The notes under the pieces were generated by a model. The model did not search any database. It was not told where the DNA came from and worked only from the letters and a program-made list of their open reading frames with translations. A DNA stretch of 26,172 bases from a virus (Duplodnaviria; Caudoviricetes): positions 1-26,172 of IMG/VR virus record IMGVR_UViG_3300035148_000194. One strand, given 5' to 3'. How positions within the stretch are numbered: position 1 is the stretch's first letter; every line of letters begins with the position of its first letter. A program made the translations under genes and the position numbers. Shown here piece after piece: positions 23,199 to 26,172 of this stretch.

Positions 23199-24832
23199 GG
23201 GGCCTCCTCGTCCGTGTCTGACGCCTCCTCGGGTTCACTCGGTGCAGACTCGAAGGCCGCCTCCAGTGCACGGCGCTTCGCTTCCTGCTCCTCGATCTCC
23301 TTCATGATGCGTGCCGAAACCGGCTCAGGCAGGTCGGGCAACACGATGGGGAGCGCCCGCTGCTTGATGAGACTCGTGGCAATGGGGCCCAGGTCGAGGT
23401 CGATGGAGGCCCGCGTGTTCTCCAGCACGGTCACCATTTCCTCGGTGTGGAACTCGTCGGGATGCTTGATCGTGACACCGGCTGCCGCATAGCGTGCCAG
23501 GCCTGCATCGCGCCCATACATCCCGATGCACCACTTCTTGACGATGGCCTGCTCGAACCACTGTGCCGAGTCCGCATGCCCGGCCAACAAGCGGTTGAGG
23601 TCCTGCGCCTTGATGCGGCGGGACTCGGCGGCTTCGGCAGCGAGGGAGTCGCTCTCCCACGGGAGGCCAGCCAGCCGGTAGATCTTGCGCTCGCAGTTCG
23701 AGATCTCCTGCATCAGCAACTCGGCAGGCCCATTGGGCGTGGCCAGCCACTGTGCCAGCCCCCGCGACCAGAGGATGCTGTCGGACCCGAGGTGGTCACC
23801 GAGACGACCACGGGCGTCGGCAATGTCCTCGTCCGGCTGGAGTTGGATGTTGAGGAGCGCGAAGCACTGCTGGCGCAACTGCTCGCGCAGCTCACTGACC
23901 AGGTTGAAGTGGTCCTTGAACAGGCGTCCGTCGCCAAGCAGGCTCCGTCCGATGAGGGGAATGCGCGGGCGACGACGGGCGTAGAACGTGACGACCGGCA
24001 CCTCGCCGTAGGCATGGACGCCCTCAGTGATGCGTGCCCCTTCCACGTCGTAGACGGCCCACTCGCTCTCGGTCCAGATGCGGAACTCGACGTTGGGGAG
24101 GTGGTCGGCCGCGCTGCCTGTAAGCCGCGCATCCCCTGTGATCCAGGACTCGAACAGCGACTTGCGGTCCACGGCCTCGACGAACTTCACCGAGGACATG
24201 CGCCCGTGCGGGGCCAGCCAGTCCAGCGTGTCCAGCGGGATGTAGGTCCGCAGCACCAAGGGGCCTTCCTCGGCGCGGGACTTCGGGGCCGTGCTCTCGC
24301 GGTCGAACCGCTGCTGCCGGTCGAGCAGCACATGCACATGCCCGTAGGTGTCGGCGAGGACCTGCGTGCGCTTCAGCCAGTCGTCAATCGGGGTGCCGTC
24401 CCCATCGACGTCCTTCCACCAGGCCGTGAGGTCACGGCTCAGGCTGGCATCGTTCTCGACCACCCGGATGACTTCCTTCGCGTACTGGTAGTCCACGAAG
24501 GTGTCCACGAGCGTGGCCCCGAAGTTCTCGTACCTGGCCAAGGCCTTCCGACGCCGGTACTTCTCCTTCTCGCCGACCACGATGTCGTGGTTGACGCGCC
24601 CATCGGCCGTGCGCCCGTAGTTGATCTCGCGGGGATGGGCCACCAGGTTGGTGCCATCCATGAAGCCGCCGTCGCCCTCGAGCACCTCGCCCAGCAGAAT
24701 CCACGTCTCGCGGAACTGGTCGTAGCGCCAGTGGGTCTGCCAGATGGTTTCGCGTTGACGCAGGCGCTCTCGCGACATGCGCTGTCCTCGACGGGCGGGC
24801 GCGTCGGGGGACGGGCTGATGGCGCGGGGCAT
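23195..24832 (-). CDS. Portal protein
   Basis: 545 aa. Y..R..LARYENF...VD, W.DVDGDGT.ID.W, YGHVHVL.D, YGEVPVV, FNL.SE, AES.RIK..DLN..L. Lies between terminase and MuF-like genes. GGAG SD. Confidence 0.9.
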   Translation of the reverse strand: MPRAISPSPDAPARRGQRMSRERLRQRETIWQTHWRYDQFRETWILLGEVLEGDGGFMDGTNLVAHPREINYGRTADGRVNHDIVVGEKEKYRRRKALARYENFGATLVDTFVDYQYAKEVIRVVENDASLSRDLTAWWKDVDGDGTPIDDWLKRTQVLADTYGHVHVLLDRQQRFDRESTAPKSRAEEGPLVLRTYIPLDTLDWLAPHGRMSSVKFVEAVDRKSLFESWITGDARLTGSAADHLPNVEFRIWTESEWAVYDVEGARITEGVHAYGEVPVVTFYARRRPRIPLIGRSLLGDGRLFKDHFNLVSELREQLRQQCFALLNIQLQPDEDIADARGRLGDHLGSDSILWSRGLAQWLATPNGPAELLMQEISNCERKIYRLAGLPWESDSLAAEAAESRRIKAQDLNRLLAGHADSAQWFEQAIVKKWCIGMYGRDAGLARYAAAGVTIKHPDEFHTEEMVTVLENTRASIDLDLGPIATSLIKQRALPIVLPDLPEPVSARIMKEIEEQEAKRRALEAAFESAPSEPEEASDTDEEAP

Positions 24833-24847
24833 GGGGCTCTCCGGTGG

Positions 24848-25138
24848 CTAGGGCGTCTGGGCGTCAGCCACGGTCACGACGGCTGAGAAGTCGAAGTCGG
24901 TGGTCACGGGCGTCATGACCGACGGCAGCATCATCTCGGGGGTCACCGGGCCAGCCGCGGCCGTGGCCAGAAGCGTATCCACGGCCTGCATCAGGGCCGC
25001 ATGCGACAGGGCGAGGTCTCGGTGGGCTTCGCGTTGCGCTCCTGGCCCCACGCGCCCATTGAGCGCATCACGGGTGACATCGGCATGGGCGCGGAAGGCG
25101 GCCGCATAGACGCAGGCCGCCTGTTCGGTGGGGGTCAC
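24848..25138 (-). CDS. Hypothetical protein (96 aa)
   Basis: GTGA overlap with the upstream ORF. Helical Ala-rich sequence. No family recognised. Confidence 0.6.
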   Translation of the reverse strand: MTPTEQAACVYAAAFRAHADVTRDALNGRVGPGAQREAHRDLALSHAALMQAVDTLLATAAAGPVTPEMMLPSVMTPVTTDFDFSAVVTVADAQTP

Positions 25139-25287
25139 TTCAGCTTCGCTCCTGTGGTGGCGGTGACAGCCTTGTCGGTGAACCCCGGCCGTGGGGGCGT
25201 CTGCATGGTCCCCTTCTTCTGGCCGTGGAACTCGCCAGCACGCAGGGTGCCCTGTCCGGGGCGAATGGGGGCTTGCTTGGTCGGCAT
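25135..25287 (-). CDS. Small basic, probably disordered protein (50 aa, MPTKQAPIRPGQG...GAKLK)
   Basis: ATG at 25287 with GGGAGAGGGA upstream, 4 nt after the upstream TGA. Confidence 0.55.
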   Translation of the reverse strand: MPTKQAPIRPGQGTLRAGEFHGQKKGTMQTPPRPGFTDKAVTATTGAKLK

Positions 25288-25291
25288 GGCT

Positions 25292-25582
25292 TCAGTCCCT
25301 CTCCCAGAGTCGTGCCTGACGACTGATGAAGCGGCCCCGATGGTCTCGCGCCTGTCGTTGGGCGCGGCGGCTGCGTCTGGCATCCACGACGATCACGGGA
25401 TGGTCGCGGTCACGCGCCCGCAGCCACTGTGTCAGTGTCGGCAGGAGCCGCCCGAACAACCAGCCCGCTCGGGTCCGGCGAGGACACCGTGTGGCCCGCT
25501 GCAGTGCAGAGAGAGCCGCACGTCCGGTCGGTGTCGAGTGTAACACCCACCCCTGCCCGTGGTCAGTGACTGGGGCGGGCAT
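25292..25582 (-). CDS. Arg-rich hypothetical protein (~96 aa) with an RDxxGRF motif
   Basis: GGAGG SD 7 nt before ATG 25582. Fills the gap. Contains ARDHRGRFIS. Confidence 0.5.
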   Translation of the reverse strand: MPAPVTDHGQGWVLHSTPTGRAALSALQRATRCPRRTRAGWLFGRLLPTLTQWLRARDRDHPVIVVDARRSRRAQRQARDHRGRFISRQARLWERD

Positions 25583-25772
25583 ACCAGTCCTCCAGGATGG
25601 CGATCTCGTAGTCAGCCGGTGACGGGTAGACCTGGATGGCCCCGATGGCCACATGCTGCGTCCAACTGTTCGCCTGCTTGCGGAGGAAGGTCACCATGCC
25701 GCCTGCCTGGTCCACATGCACCACGTAGGGCACGACCTTGCCGTTGAGCGTCACCACACGGGTCTGCTTCAT
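25563..25772 (-). CDS. Hypothetical protein (69 aa)
   Basis: ATGA overlap with the terminase stop. Protein-like composition. Confidence 0.6.
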   Translation of the reverse strand: MKQTRVVTLNGKVVPYVVHVDQAGGMVTFLRKQANSWTQHVAIGAIQVYPSPADYEIAILEDWYARPSH

Positions 25773-26170
25773 AGGTCGATGTCGCTGAAATGCTGGACCG
25801 AGAAGGTCTCGCGCTGGTGGACGGGGAACTCTGCTGCTACAAGATACCCCAAGGCGTCCGAGGCATGCGTCACCGTGTCCCCGGACCCTTTCTGGAGTTG
25901 CTGCGTGCCAGGCACGAGGACGCTCATCTCGAGCGACCGTACGAGGTCGCGGGTCTGGCAGAGGGTGACCGGCACGGTCTTGCGAATCCAGAGGCGCGTG
26001 CGCCCGGTGGCGTCCTTCAGCAGGACGTTCATGGCGTGGATGCGCTCGCGTTGGGGTGGGTTGCCGGTGCGGAGGGACTCATGCAGCCGGAAACCGCGAG
26101 GGAACTCGGGGCCCAGCATCTGCTTGATGATGTCGTAGTTGGTGCGGTCGCTGTTGGTGCTGCGATTGCC
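25769..26170 (-). CDS. terL: Terminase large subunit, C-terminal nuclease domain (5' part outside the window)
   Basis: NPP..ERI.A.N.LL....G..RL.I...C...L..SLE.......K.....HASDALGYL: the RNase H-like terminase C-terminus. The frame is open to the window edge. Confidence 0.88.
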   Translation of the reverse strand, partial: GNRSTNSDRTNYDIIKQMLGPEFPRGFRLHESLRTGNPPQRERIHAMNVLLKDATGRTRLWIRKTVPVTLCQTRDLVRSLEMSVLVPGTQQLQKGSGDTVTHASDALGYLVAAEFPVHQRETFSVQHFSDIDL

Positions 26171-26172
26171 GC

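Noticed and set aside
20685-24832. Prohead protease gene
   Set aside because: No ORF with protease motifs was found. A separate scaffold is present, consistent with SPP1/P22-like assembly.
372-24850. Genome-wide TAG recoding (alternative genetic code)
   Set aside because: Genes are full length under the standard code. Only about a third of TAG junctions are in frame with the next gene, as expected by chance, and several have their own SD.
1-26172. Many long plus-strand and alternate-frame ORFs (e.g. 9465-11465, 15099-16562, 19455-20738, 23447-24886)
   Set aside because: They are antisense or frame shadows of well-supported minus-strand genes, as expected at high GC with few stop codons. No recognisable motifs.

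Overview
A 26-kb, high-GC (roughly 67-70% by eye) segment of a tailed phage or prophage of siphovirus type. All credible genes lie on the minus strand in one tightly packed late operon. In transcription order: large terminase (3' end), four small ORFs, portal, a 40-aa membrane peptide, MuF-like minor head protein, Mu gpG-like morphogenesis protein, scaffold, a structured ~190-nt leader, and a DUF5309/SU10-type major capsid protein with a terminator. Next come an array of four related, very basic (Lys/Arg/Gly) proteins, a small coiled-coil protein, and a 1033-aa GT-B + SAM-methyltransferase + GT-A fusion. The tail module follows: head-tail adaptor, tail terminator, tail tube, tail chaperone G/GT with a GGGAAAA -1 frameshift, tape measure, and a block of Ser/Thr/Ala-rich tail and fibre genes including a 20-aa tandem-repeat protein. 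The most unusual part is the insert between the capsid and neck genes. It holds protamine/histone-tail-like paralogues with a shared leader and variable C-termini (one weakly ADP-ribosyltransferase-like), next to a single-polypeptide candidate virion glycosylation/methylation enzyme. Family calls are from motif recognition and gene order, not database searches.
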